From positions 43,290 to 107,289 of the forward strand of contig JAIFWJ010000001.1 of assembly GCA_019661865.1 (NCBI GenBank): a stretch of DNA of 64,000 nucleotides, read 5' to 3'. The position numbers were made by a program, and so were the translations under genes. This DNA is from Candidatus Parcubacteria bacterium (lineage in GTDB: Bacteria; Patescibacteriota; Minisyncoccia; Phycocordibacterales; Zambryskibacteraceae). Below the pieces are notes generated by a model. The model was not told the origin of the DNA, did not search any database, and was given only the letters and a program-made list of their open reading frames with translations. Shown piece by piece: positions 27,097-36,635 of the stretch; the first letter of the stretch is position 1; each line of letters begins with the position of its first letter.

Positions 27097-27867
27097 CTAC
27101 TCCTTAACTGGCTCAACCTTAGCGTTTATACCACCCTTGAAGGGTAAGTTTACTCGTATAGGAGTTTCTCTAATGATGCGTAAGACTTCATCAAGATCAT
27201 CGGTGATAGTGTAGAGAAGGAGATCTTCTGGCAGTATGGTGCTCCTAGAGAGGAGCTCTGCCTGCATGAAGCGCTCAAGAGCCTTCCAGTAATCTTTTCC
27301 CACACAGATAAGTGGAGTACCAACAATCTTTCCAGTTTGAAGAAGAGTAATAATTTCGAAAAATTCATCGAGCGTGCCGTATCCTCCGGGGAAGAATATA
27401 AATGCTTCTGAAGAGAAAGAAAGAAGAACTTTACGGACAAAGAAGTAGTAAGAGTCAACCTCGTGACTTATGAATTTATTTATAATCTGTTCGTGAGGAA
27501 GCTTGATGGTAAGGCCTAGAGACTCTCCATTGGCCTCGAATGCACCGCGGTTGGCCGCCTCCATAATGCCTGGGCCGCCGCCAGAGACCACCGAATATCC
27601 GAGTTCTGTCACAATACGACCGGCAAGTGTGCGGGCATTCTGGTAGTAAGTGTTATCTTCTTTAAACTGATTCGAGCCGAAGAAGGTAACTGTCTTGGGA
27701 TAATTCTCCAGAAAGCTGAAACCATCCTTAAATTCTTTAGAGATCTCCTCGATGCGCTCCCTTGCTGTCTCTTCCATTTTCTCTCGAGTCCAGGCTGGGA
27801 GGGCACGGGCCTCGCGCTTGAGAGCTCTTTCCTCCCGTCTGGCTTTCCACTTTTCTTCTAGATCCAT
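27097..27867 (-). CDS. LOG-family (TIGR00730) nucleotide 5'-monophosphate nucleosidase
   Basis: VTFFGS...GGGPGIMEAANRGA...PGGYGTLDE; the start is trimmed to MDLEEKWK. Confidence 0.85.
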   Translation of the reverse strand: MDLEEKWKARREERALKREARALPAWTREKMEETARERIEEISKEFKDGFSFLENYPKTVTFFGSNQFKEDNTYYQNARTLAGRIVTELGYSVVSGGGPGIMEAANRGAFEANGESLGLTIKLPHEQIINKFISHEVDSYYFFVRKVLLSFSSEAFIFFPGGYGTLDEFFEIITLLQTGKIVGTPLICVGKDYWKALERFMQAELLSRSTILPEDLLLYTITDDLDEVLRIIRETPIRVNLPFKGGINAKVEPVKE

Positions 27868-27906
27868 ATTGGTGCATATTGTATCATATATAGGTAACCC
27901 AAAATT

Positions 27907-28374
27907 ATGAAAACCAAGAGCACTAAAGAATGGATTGCCATAGGATGTTCCTTGGCAGTTCTTACATTCGTTCTGTTCGGTAATGCAGTTATTAATTTCT
28001 TTAATCCACAACAAGTAGCATCTTCCATGGAGGCATCACAAAATCCAGGTGTTCAAGTCCAAGACACAGTAGTAGGTAAGGGAGATGTGGCTTCCCCAGG
28101 CGACACTGTCACTGTGCACTACGTAGGTCAACTAACAAGCGGAAAGATCTTCGACAGCTCGCTCGACAGAGGAGAGCCGTTTACATTTACACTCGGAGTG
28201 GGGCAGGTTATCCGTGGATGGGATGAAGGTGTGGCTGGTATGAGAGTCGGTGGTACAAGAAGACTCATAATCTCACCGGAGTATGCATATGGTGAGAATG
28301 GCGTAGGACCTATCCCTCCTAATGCTACCCTCGTCTTCGACGTACAACTTCTAGGTGTCCAAAAGCCAAGATAA
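27907..28374 (+). CDS. FKBP-type peptidyl-prolyl cis-trans isomerase
   Basis: VTVHYVGQLTSGKIFDSS...FTLGVGQVIRGWDEG...LVFDVQLL. Confidence 0.9.
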   Translation: MKTKSTKEWIAIGCSLAVLTFVLFGNAVINFFNPQQVASSMEASQNPGVQVQDTVVGKGDVASPGDTVTVHYVGQLTSGKIFDSSLDRGEPFTFTLGVGQVIRGWDEGVAGMRVGGTRRLIISPEYAYGENGVGPIPPNATLVFDVQLLGVQKPR

Positions 28375-29017
28375 ATTATCTCATCATGCATATCTTGTTT
28401 TGGGAGATAGTCACTCCCAAGATATTTTCTTGTATGACAATCTTATAAAGCCCCAAGGTGATCCAGATATAACCCAGTTTCTGGGAGATACGTTTACAAT
28501 TGAAGAAGCGAGAGTGTTAAAGGAGCGGGCAAGTACAAAAGGTTTTAAAAATAAACGGATATTTATACTTCGATACAATAAGTACACTCCAGAGTCGCAG
28601 AATGCACTCTTAAAAACCCTTGAAGAACCAATTCAGAACACCCAGTTCATAATCTTCGGTAGAGATGAGAGTCTTTTCCTACCGACAATTCTTTCGAGAG
28701 TGTATTCGGTGCGTCCGAATCTTGATAATTTTTCCTCTTTACCCACAAGTGGGCTCCGACGAGATAAAAATTCTCAAGATTCTTCCGCCGAATTTGTAAA
28801 AATGAGCTTGAGGAAGAGGCTAGATTTTGTCAAAGAGTTTGTAGACACAGAGGGTAGGGAAGGGCTTACAGGGTTTCTTGACTCACTTCTTACAAATCTG
28901 AAATCTTCCAAGGTCCCAACTGAAACGCTTAAGAAAGTTTTTAAACTCCGTAAGTACTCCGACGACCCCGCCGCCCTACCGCGCCTCATCCTCGAGCACT
29001 TAGCCTTTGTTATATAG
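28355..29017 (+). CDS. holB: DNA polymerase III delta' subunit-like (short form; GTG start)
   Basis: AYLVLGD...ALLKTLEEP...TILSRV pattern. Confidence 0.6.
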   Translation: MSKSQDKLSHHAYLVLGDSHSQDIFLYDNLIKPQGDPDITQFLGDTFTIEEARVLKERASTKGFKNKRIFILRYNKYTPESQNALLKTLEEPIQNTQFIIFGRDESLFLPTILSRVYSVRPNLDNFSSLPTSGLRRDKNSQDSSAEFVKMSLRKRLDFVKEFVDTEGREGLTGFLDSLLTNLKSSKVPTETLKKVFKLRKYSDDPAALPRLILEHLAFVI

Positions 29018-29063
29018 CTTAGATTAAGGTTTTTGAGGCATTAGAACATGTTATGATTTACAC

Positions 29064-29615
29064 ATGGCCTATAACTTTTCTGCATTCAAGTCTGAAGTTG
29101 AGAGAACTACGGAGTGGCTCAAGAAGGAATACACAAGCCTCCGCGGGGGCCAGGCATCTCCAGCTGTTTTAGATACTGTATCTGTCGACTCGTATGGTAC
29201 AAAGACACCCATAAGCCATGTGGCCTCAGTTCTAAGCGAGGGGCCGAAATCTCTCCGTATAACTCCTTGGGATAAGTCAGTTGCATCAAGTATTGATATG
29301 GCTATTCGTGAAGCGAACTTGGGAGTGTCAGTATCGATGGATGATAAGGGATTAAGAGTTTCTTTTCCTGATTTAACAAATGATAGAAGACAAGTGTTGA
29401 TAAAACTGGCAAAGCAGAAGCTAGAAGAGGCTCGCATAGCGCTTAGGAGTGAACGTCAGAAAGTGCTTAATGACCTGGACAAACAAGAGAAGGAAGGAAA
29501 GTTAAGTGAAGATGAAAAGACGCGCGAGAAGAATGAACTTCAGAAACTTATAGATGAAGCTAATAAAAAGCTTGAGGATATCCTAGAGAAGAAAGAGAAA
29601 GAAATTTTAGAATAA
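29064..29615 (+). CDS. frr: Ribosome recycling factor
   Basis: Full-length RRF (…MAIREANLGVSVSMDDKGLRVSFP…). Confidence 0.95.
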   Translation: MAYNFSAFKSEVERTTEWLKKEYTSLRGGQASPAVLDTVSVDSYGTKTPISHVASVLSEGPKSLRITPWDKSVASSIDMAIREANLGVSVSMDDKGLRVSFPDLTNDRRQVLIKLAKQKLEEARIALRSERQKVLNDLDKQEKEGKLSEDEKTREKNELQKLIDEANKKLEDILEKKEKEILE

Positions 29616-29621
29616 TTCCTA

Positions 29622-30689
29622 ATGACAATAATAATTTTCTTAATCATTTTGAGCATCCTTGTGCTAGTGCACGAGGCTGGACACTTCTTCATAGCGAAGA
29701 AGAGTGGCATAAGAGTAGATGAGTTCGGACTTGGTTATCCTCCTCGTGCCAAGAAACTTTTTTCATGGAAAGGAACTGAGTTTACTCTAAACTGGCTACC
29801 CTTCGGCGGATTCGTGAAGATCTTCGGAGAGAATTATGAAGAACAAGATGGACAAGACAAGATGACATCTAAACCGCGCTATATCCAAGTGGCTGTACTA
29901 GCTGCAGGAGTTATCGCTAACTTTATCTTCGCATGGGCTCTTATATCTATAGGCTTCATGTCGGGTATTCCATCTCCAGTGAGCCAAGGGTTACCAGCAG
30001 AGGATGCTCACACAGTGATCACTGTAGTGGTACCTGGTTCTCCGGCTGCTACTAGTGGACTTAAGAGTGGGGATAAAATACTTTCACTTTGTCGCGAGGC
30101 GGACTGTACGGATTTAAGTCCTGATAAAGCTGCAAGGTTCATTGGTCAGTCGGCTACCTCGCTTACATTTAGAGTTTTACGAGGTGAGGAAACAATTACT
30201 AAAGTAGTTACTCCAGTAAACGGTATCATCGAAGGTAAGCCTGCTGTCGGGGTAGCCATGGATGTGGTTGGAACTGTTAAACTCGCACCTTTAAAAGCTC
30301 TGTGGGAGGGACTGAAAACCACTTGGGCTCTAGCCGTAGAGACCGTCAGAGCTCTAGTCTCTCTGGTCGGTCGGGCATTTGTGGGTCATGCCAGTTTAAA
30401 TGAAGTGACAGGACCGGTTGGACTTGTAAGTATGGTCGGAGACGTGCGTAGCCTAGGCTTCGTATATTTACTCACCTTTACTGCTCTGATATCCATAAAC
30501 TTGGCTGTCATAAACCTCTTCCCATTCCCGGCACTCGATGGAGGAAGGATGCTTATCGTCATCATTGAAGGCATAACTCGAAGAAAAATACCTACAAAAG
30601 TCTTTAATATCCTAAACACAGCCAGTTTCGCCCTACTTATCCTCCTTATGGTGATAATTACCGTGCGTGATGTAGCTCACTTGTTATAA
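29622..30689 (+). CDS. rseP: RIP metalloprotease RseP (site-2 protease) with PDZ domain
   Basis: HEAGHF HExxH motif, PDZ, a C-terminal LDG motif region. Confidence 0.9.
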   Translation: MTIIIFLIILSILVLVHEAGHFFIAKKSGIRVDEFGLGYPPRAKKLFSWKGTEFTLNWLPFGGFVKIFGENYEEQDGQDKMTSKPRYIQVAVLAAGVIANFIFAWALISIGFMSGIPSPVSQGLPAEDAHTVITVVVPGSPAATSGLKSGDKILSLCREADCTDLSPDKAARFIGQSATSLTFRVLRGEETITKVVTPVNGIIEGKPAVGVAMDVVGTVKLAPLKALWEGLKTTWALAVETVRALVSLVGRAFVGHASLNEVTGPVGLVSMVGDVRSLGFVYLLTFTALISINLAVINLFPFPALDGGRMLIVIIEGITRRKIPTKVFNILNTASFALLILLMVIITVRDVAHLL

Positions 30690-30728
30690 TTAAGGTATAG
30701 GTTCGTTACTCGTCTTAATTATAAACAT

Positions 30729-31055
30729 ATGGGTATAGAAAGTTTTAATGCTAATGAGCATATTAGCGAAAAAGAAAAATACGCACTGGGAAATGATATG
30801 CAGATTAAACTGATGGTACGTTTCGCCATGAGTCATGGCCTTAAACTGGATGAAATAGGGAAAGAGTCATTTAATAAAGTTGCAGTGAACTGGGCAGATA
30901 ATTATGGAAAGGAGTTTAGAAGTGAGTTTGACTCTATGGTCAGAGAGGATCCAAGTTTTATGGAAAGGTGGGAACAAGACCAAGACGAGGTTCTACAGGA
31001 GATAGAAGGACGAATTTATTCGAATCAAGGTGAGTCCCATCAAGCTGCAGCATAA
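30729..31055 (+). CDS. Hypothetical protein
   Basis: 108 aa, no motif. Confidence 0.4.
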   Translation: MGIESFNANEHISEKEKYALGNDMQIKLMVRFAMSHGLKLDEIGKESFNKVAVNWADNYGKEFRSEFDSMVREDPSFMERWEQDQDEVLQEIEGRIYSNQGESHQAAA

Positions 31056-31087
31056 GCCTTTGTTTTTTAGCTTCTTTTGGTACACTT

Positions 31088-32329
31088 GTGTCTATGCGAC
31101 AGAGTGAGTTATTCACTAAAACTAGGAGAGAAACGCCTAAGGATGAGGTTTCTAAGAATGCGGAGCTTCTCATAAGAGGTGGCTTCATACATAAGGAAAT
31201 GGCAGGAGTTTATGCATATCTGCCACTAGGCTTGCGCGTCTTAGAAAAGATTAAGAATATTGTGCGTGAGGAGATGAACAAGATTGGTGGAGAGGAGATC
31301 ATCATGACCACACTTCAGCGCAAGGAACTCTGGGAAGTAACGGATCGATGGAGTGATGAGAAGGTAGATGTGTGGTTTAAATCTAGCCTTAAGAGCGGAG
31401 CAGAAGTAGGCTTCGGTTGGTCACACGAGGAGCCGATCACAGAAATGATGAAAAACTTCATTGGAAGTTATAAAGACCTCCCTGTATATGTCTACCAATT
31501 CCAGACCAAGCTCAGGAATGAACTCCGCGCCAAGTCTGGCATCATGCGAGGACGTGAATTCGTCATGAAGGATATGTATTCGTATACGACTGATGAGGAG
31601 TCGCATAAGAAGTTTTATGACTCGGTGGTAGAAGCTTATCACCGGATATTTGAACGGGTTGGGCTTGGAGAAAAGACATTTTTAACATATGCATCTGGAG
31701 GAGCTTTTACAGACTTCAGTCACGAATTTCAAACTGTACTTCCGACTGGAGAAGATACAATTTATTTAAGTAGAGAGAAGAAAGTTGCCATAAATAAAGA
31801 GGTATTACAGGGTGGTGTATTAGAGAAGCTTGGACTTAAAAAGAGTGATCTCGAGGAAGTGGCAGCTTCCGAAGTGGGGAATATCTTTAGCTTCGGTGGG
31901 GCTAAATCTGAGGCTTTAGGGCTCTTTTTTAAGGATGAGAGTGGTAAGTCACTCCCAGTAACCCTGGGCTCTTATGGCATAGGCATAACACGACTTATGG
32001 GGGTAGTGGTAGAGGCACTTTCGGATGAAAAAGGTATAGTATGGCCAGAAAGCATTGCTCCTTTTAGGGTGCATATTCTCTCACTAGGAGAAAAATTGAA
32101 GGCAAAAGCTCAGGAAGTTTATAACAAGCTAAATGAAGTCGGGATAGAGGCTCTCTATGATGACAGAGATATAAGCGCCGGAGAGAAGTTTAATGATGCA
32201 GATCTCCTCGGACTTCCTGTGCGGGTAGTAGTCGGTGAGAAACACGAGGGTAAACTCGAAGTTAAGAATCGTAAGACCGGAGAAGAGAAATTGGAGACAG
32301 TCGAAAGTTTGGTTCATTCTTTGAAGTAA
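31088..32329 (+). CDS. proS: Prolyl-tRNA synthetase (short bacterial/archaeal-like form)
   Basis: Class II motifs and a C-terminal anticodon-binding domain. Confidence 0.9.
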   Translation: MSMRQSELFTKTRRETPKDEVSKNAELLIRGGFIHKEMAGVYAYLPLGLRVLEKIKNIVREEMNKIGGEEIIMTTLQRKELWEVTDRWSDEKVDVWFKSSLKSGAEVGFGWSHEEPITEMMKNFIGSYKDLPVYVYQFQTKLRNELRAKSGIMRGREFVMKDMYSYTTDEESHKKFYDSVVEAYHRIFERVGLGEKTFLTYASGGAFTDFSHEFQTVLPTGEDTIYLSREKKVAINKEVLQGGVLEKLGLKKSDLEEVAASEVGNIFSFGGAKSEALGLFFKDESGKSLPVTLGSYGIGITRLMGVVVEALSDEKGIVWPESIAPFRVHILSLGEKLKAKAQEVYNKLNEVGIEALYDDRDISAGEKFNDADLLGLPVRVVVGEKHEGKLEVKNRKTGEEKLETVESLVHSLK

Positions 32330-32333
32330 CACA

Positions 32334-33389
32334 ATGGCGGATATAAAGGAAACTATAAGGAGATTTTTCTCCCATGATATTGGTATAGACCTGGGTACTG
32401 CGAATACTCTGGTTTATGTGCGTGGACAAGGAATAGTTCTCAGTGAACCCTCAGTAGTAGCAGTCAATGAAAAGACCGGTCGGGTGGTAGCAGTGGGCAA
32501 TCAAGCTAAGGAAATGCTTGGTCGCACGCCGTCTCATATCACTGCGGTGAAGCCTCTAGTAGATGGAGTGATTTCTGACTTCGAGGTGACAGAAGAAATG
32601 CTCGCGTATCTACTAAGTCGCGTTCAAGGCAGACATAAACTCCTTGGTCCAAGAGTAGTGGTAGGAGTACCTTCAGGAATTACTTCGGTAGAAACTCGTG
32701 CAGTCAGAGATGCGGCTAGGAATGCTGGAGCAGGAATTGTATATATTGTGGAAGAACCCATGGCAGCAGCTATTGGCCTCAGGCTCCCCATATTCGAACC
32801 TGTGGGGAATATGATTGTAGATATAGGAGGAGGAACCTCGGACATTGCTCTCATTTCTCTCGGAGGATTAGTAAGGTCTAAGAACTTGCGAGTAGCCGGA
32901 GAGAAATTCAACCAAGATATTATTTCATATATAAGAAGTCAGTTTAAGATTTTAATCGGTGAGAAGACTGCGGAGGTGGTGAAAATGGCTATTGGTTCAG
33001 TGCTTCCCGGAGAGACGGTGCTTGAGGCCAGGGTCAAAGGTAGAGACTTAGTAACTGGACTTCCCCGTGAAGTAGTAATAACAGATGCAGATATGCGTGA
33101 GGCTCTTTCTCCTTCCATTGAGAGTCTTATCAATGCGCTTAAGGAAGTAGTAGAGATTGCTCCTCCTGATATCTTGAATGATGTTTTAGAAAGAGGAATA
33201 TACCTGACCGGAGGCGGGGCGCTTATCCAGGGACTGGGACAACTTATGGAGAGTGAATTAAATATCCCAGTGCATCTGGCTCCTGATCCAGTCACTGCTG
33301 TAGCACGTGGTACTGGTATCATACTAGAGGATCTTCCTACTTATGAGAGTATATTAGTTCAAAATGAAGACGACCTTCCGCAAAAATAA
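32334..33389 (+). CDS. mreB: Rod shape-determining protein MreB
   Basis: IGIDLGTANTLVYV... actin fold. Confidence 0.95.
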   Translation: MADIKETIRRFFSHDIGIDLGTANTLVYVRGQGIVLSEPSVVAVNEKTGRVVAVGNQAKEMLGRTPSHITAVKPLVDGVISDFEVTEEMLAYLLSRVQGRHKLLGPRVVVGVPSGITSVETRAVRDAARNAGAGIVYIVEEPMAAAIGLRLPIFEPVGNMIVDIGGGTSDIALISLGGLVRSKNLRVAGEKFNQDIISYIRSQFKILIGEKTAEVVKMAIGSVLPGETVLEARVKGRDLVTGLPREVVITDADMREALSPSIESLINALKEVVEIAPPDILNDVLERGIYLTGGGALIQGLGQLMESELNIPVHLAPDPVTAVARGTGIILEDLPTYESILVQNEDDLPQK

Positions 33390-34146
33390 TTCATCCCAGA
33401 GTACATCGGGAAGGATCCTCATAATCATCGCCCTTTTTATAGTCGGAGCAATAGTCTTCCCACTCACACGGGGGTTTCTTTATAGAGTCTTGTCCCCAGT
33501 ATGGAAAGGCGAGAATGCATTTAGTCGCGGGGTTAAAAACTTGAGCGACTTTTTCCGCTCTAAGGAAGCCCTTATCCAAGAAAATGAGAATTTGAAAGCA
33601 GAAATTGCTGCTCAAGATAATCTCGTCCTATCATGTCGTGTTATAGAAGGGACGAAGGACTCATTACTTTCTACATACGGTCGTGAGGCAAGTGATGCAG
33701 GGATTGCGGCCACTGTTATAAGTCGACCTCCCAAGACTTCTTATGATGTTTTAGTAATAGATGCAGGTAAAGAAAATAATATTTCTGTCGGAGAGACAGT
33801 TTCTGTCCCCGAGGGCCCAATCTTGGGAAAAGTCTTCGAATCCTTCTCTAATACCTCTCAGGTGGTGCTCTTCACAACCAGTGGAGAGAAAACTGATGCC
33901 ATACTAGAAAGAAATCTTCTGCCTGTGACTCTGGTAGGTAAGGGAGGAGGAAATTTCGAGATGATTTTACCTCGCACTGCTGAAGTAGAAGTTGGAGACA
34001 AGATACTTTCAAGCCCCATAGATCCGAGACTGATGGCAGTAGTGGGAGACGTGGAGGAGACCCCCACAGAGGGCTTCAAGAAGGCCCTGGCAAGTGTACC
34101 AGTAAATCTTCAGACACTTCGCTTTGTAAGCATTTCACATAACTAA
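33364..34146 (+). CDS. mreC: Rod shape-determining protein MreC
   Basis: TM, coiled coil (ENENLKAEIAAQDN), beta domains. Confidence 0.8.
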   Translation: MKTTFRKNNSSQSTSGRILIIIALFIVGAIVFPLTRGFLYRVLSPVWKGENAFSRGVKNLSDFFRSKEALIQENENLKAEIAAQDNLVLSCRVIEGTKDSLLSTYGREASDAGIAATVISRPPKTSYDVLVIDAGKENNISVGETVSVPEGPILGKVFESFSNTSQVVLFTTSGEKTDAILERNLLPVTLVGKGGGNFEMILPRTAEVEVGDKILSSPIDPRLMAVVGDVEETPTEGFKKALASVPVNLQTLRFVSISHN

Positions 34147-34147
34147 G

Positions 34148-34417
34148 ATGAATAAGAGAAGTTTAGTAATTATGATACTTATCCTCTCTATTATCCTTGC
34201 TCCCTACTGGATATATCTTCCACTGGTCCTTATTTCTACTTTCTTTTTTCCTTTTTTCTGGGAAGGAATATTTTTAGCACTTTTAGCAGATACATTATAC
34301 GGTTTTAAAAATCTACCAGTCTTCGGCTTTCCCTTGGCCCTTCTCGAGAGTATACTTATCGTCATATTTTTGCCCATTAGAAAACTATTCAGGTTCAATG
34401 CTGAATCAAATCTTTAG
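34148..34417 (+). CDS. Small polytopic membrane protein in the mreD position (MreD-like)
   Basis: 89 aa, 3 hydrophobic segments, between mreC and the PBP2 gene. Confidence 0.35.
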   Translation: MNKRSLVIMILILSIILAPYWIYLPLVLISTFFFPFFWEGIFLALLADTLYGFKNLPVFGFPLALLESILIVIFLPIRKLFRFNAESNL

Positions 34418-36098
34418 AAAATTTAAAGTTAAGAGAAGATACAAGGACATTGACCCTGAAGACATATTTCTAGACTCTACAAACCTTCCAGGCATAGACT
34501 ACGATCGCTTCCAAGGTCACATCGAGAAGCCCATCAGCACCAAAACTTTCCTCTTCATCAAGTGCTTGTCCATACTTGTCATATGTATCTTCGGAGCCAA
34601 GCTCTGGGGTCTTCAAGTAGCCAAAGGTGATGAATATGAAAAAATTTCTGAGAATAACCGCCTTGCTCATTCTCTTATAATTGCGAACAGAGGACTGATA
34701 TATGACAGGAATGGAGTTGAGCTCGCTTCTAATTCTATAAAGGAAGGGACACAGGAGTTCGCCGACAGAGTCTATACTGCTCCGGGACTCTCACATGTAC
34801 TCGGATATGTGAAGTATCCAATGAAAGATTCTTCAGGATTTTTTTACCAAGAAGAGTTCAAGGGAGTCTCGGGAGTGGAGAAGCAATACAACAATCTGCT
34901 TAGTGGTAAAAATGGCTTGAAGATTACTGAGACGGACGCCCTAGGCAAGACCATTTCAGAGAATGTCATAGAGCTACCACATGACGGTAAAGATCTGCAT
35001 CTCTCGGTCGATGCCAAGCTTACAGAAAATCTATACGAAAATATTAAGTCTCTAGCCCTAGATAAAGGCTTCCAAGGTGGTGCAGCAGTAGTTATGGATG
35101 TAAAAACGGGAGAAGTTTTAGCCATGACGAGTTATCCTGAGTTCGATCCCAATGTGGTTACGAAGGGAGATGACAGAGAAGCCATTTCGAAACTTCTGAC
35201 AGATCCGTCCAATCCATTTTTAAATAGAATTGTATCTGGTCTTTATACTCCAGGATCTATCGTGAAGCCCCTTATGGCACTGGGTGCTCTTAGTGAAGGA
35301 GTAATCGATCCTCTTAAGAAACTTCTGAGTACGGGATCCATATCACTGCCTAACCCCTATGACCCAGAACATCCATCTGTATTCAAGGACTGGAGAGCCA
35401 ATGGTTGGGTAGATATGCGAGATGCTTTAGCAGTGTCTTCCGATGTCTACTTCTACGAAGTTGGTGGAGGGTTCCAAGACCAGCACGGTCTTGGAATCTC
35501 TAATATCGATAAATACTTCAGTATGTTCGGCCTTACCGAAGAGACGGGGATAGATCTTCCAGGAGAGACAAGTGGAGTCATAGCCACACCAGACTGGAAG
35601 AATATACATTTCCCGGGAGATCCGTGGCGCATTGGAGATACTTACCACACATCCATTGGCCAGTACGGTACTCAGGTGACACCACTGGAGGCGGTGAGGT
35701 GGGTGGGATCCATAGCTAACGGGGGAGACTTACTTGTACCCTCAATTCTACAAGGTGGAAGAGCACCGGACCAAAGACTTTTTAGACATGTCGATCTTCC
35801 TGAGACAGACTTCCAAGTGGTAAGGGAGGGTATGAGGCGGGGCGTGACGGGCGGAGTGGCAGTAAGTCTCAATATGTCCGATGTGCACGTAGCAGCCAAG
35901 ACTGGTACAGCAGAACTGGGCTCGAAGAAGCAGTTTGTAAACTCGTGGGTCACAGGCTTCTTCCCTTACGAGGATCCGCACTACGCTTTCGCTATCATCA
36001 TGGAGAAGGGACCTGTAGAGAACCTCGTCGGCGGACCTTACGTCATGCGCCAGACACTGGACTGGATGGCAACGAACGCACCAGAGTACTTTAAATAG
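34398..36098 (+). CDS. mrdA: Penicillin-binding protein 2 (elongasome transpeptidase)
   Basis: SIVKP (SxxK), SSD (SxN), KTGTA (KTG); follows mreBCD. Confidence 0.85.
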   Translation: MLNQIFRKFKVKRRYKDIDPEDIFLDSTNLPGIDYDRFQGHIEKPISTKTFLFIKCLSILVICIFGAKLWGLQVAKGDEYEKISENNRLAHSLIIANRGLIYDRNGVELASNSIKEGTQEFADRVYTAPGLSHVLGYVKYPMKDSSGFFYQEEFKGVSGVEKQYNNLLSGKNGLKITETDALGKTISENVIELPHDGKDLHLSVDAKLTENLYENIKSLALDKGFQGGAAVVMDVKTGEVLAMTSYPEFDPNVVTKGDDREAISKLLTDPSNPFLNRIVSGLYTPGSIVKPLMALGALSEGVIDPLKKLLSTGSISLPNPYDPEHPSVFKDWRANGWVDMRDALAVSSDVYFYEVGGGFQDQHGLGISNIDKYFSMFGLTEETGIDLPGETSGVIATPDWKNIHFPGDPWRIGDTYHTSIGQYGTQVTPLEAVRWVGSIANGGDLLVPSILQGGRAPDQRLFRHVDLPETDFQVVREGMRRGVTGGVAVSLNMSDVHVAAKTGTAELGSKKQFVNSWVTGFFPYEDPHYAFAIIMEKGPVENLVGGPYVMRQTLDWMATNAPEYFK

Positions 36099-36163
36099 GG
36101 TGTTTATAATAAATTTGATTTTTAGGGGAAATAATTGTAATATAAGCCGCATAATTTTTTATC

Positions 36164-36631
36164 ATGAATACAGACAAGGAATACCTTACCCAGACCAAGT
36201 TCGATGAGTTCAAGAAGGAGTTAGAATATCTTAAATCGACCAAGCGCACCGAGATTGCCAAGCAACTCGAGTATGCCAAGTCTCTCGGAGATCTCTCGGA
36301 AAATGCTGAGTACCACGAAGCTCGTAATACCCAAGCTATAGTTGAAGATAGGATTAATCACCTGGAATCCCTTCTTAAGTCTGCACAAATTGTCTCTGCC
36401 CACGACACAAGTACTGCAAACGTAGGTTCCGTTGTAACTGTAGAAAGAACTGGAGACAAATCGAGAAAGACATACACACTAGTGGGTTCAGAAGAGACCG
36501 ATGCAGTGAAGGGACTTATATCTGTCCGTTCTCCACTGGGTTTGGCAGTAAGAGGAAAGTCGAAGGGTGAAGTCTTTTCATTTAACGCACCTAGTGGCGC
36601 TGTGACCTACAAGGTTATTGATATAAAATAA
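36164..36631 (+). CDS. greA: Transcription elongation factor GreA
   Basis: Coiled-coil N-domain plus FKBP-like C-domain. Confidence 0.9.
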   Translation: MNTDKEYLTQTKFDEFKKELEYLKSTKRTEIAKQLEYAKSLGDLSENAEYHEARNTQAIVEDRINHLESLLKSAQIVSAHDTSTANVGSVVTVERTGDKSRKTYTLVGSEETDAVKGLISVRSPLGLAVRGKSKGEVFSFNAPSGAVTYKVIDIK

Positions 36632-36635
36632 GAGT

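Noticed and set aside
27868-28014. N-terminal extension of the LOG-family ORF (MLWIKEINNC...).
   Set aside because: It overlaps the divergent FKBP gene start region and is Cys/Asn-rich nonsense. The conserved LOG fold begins after the internal Met at 27867.
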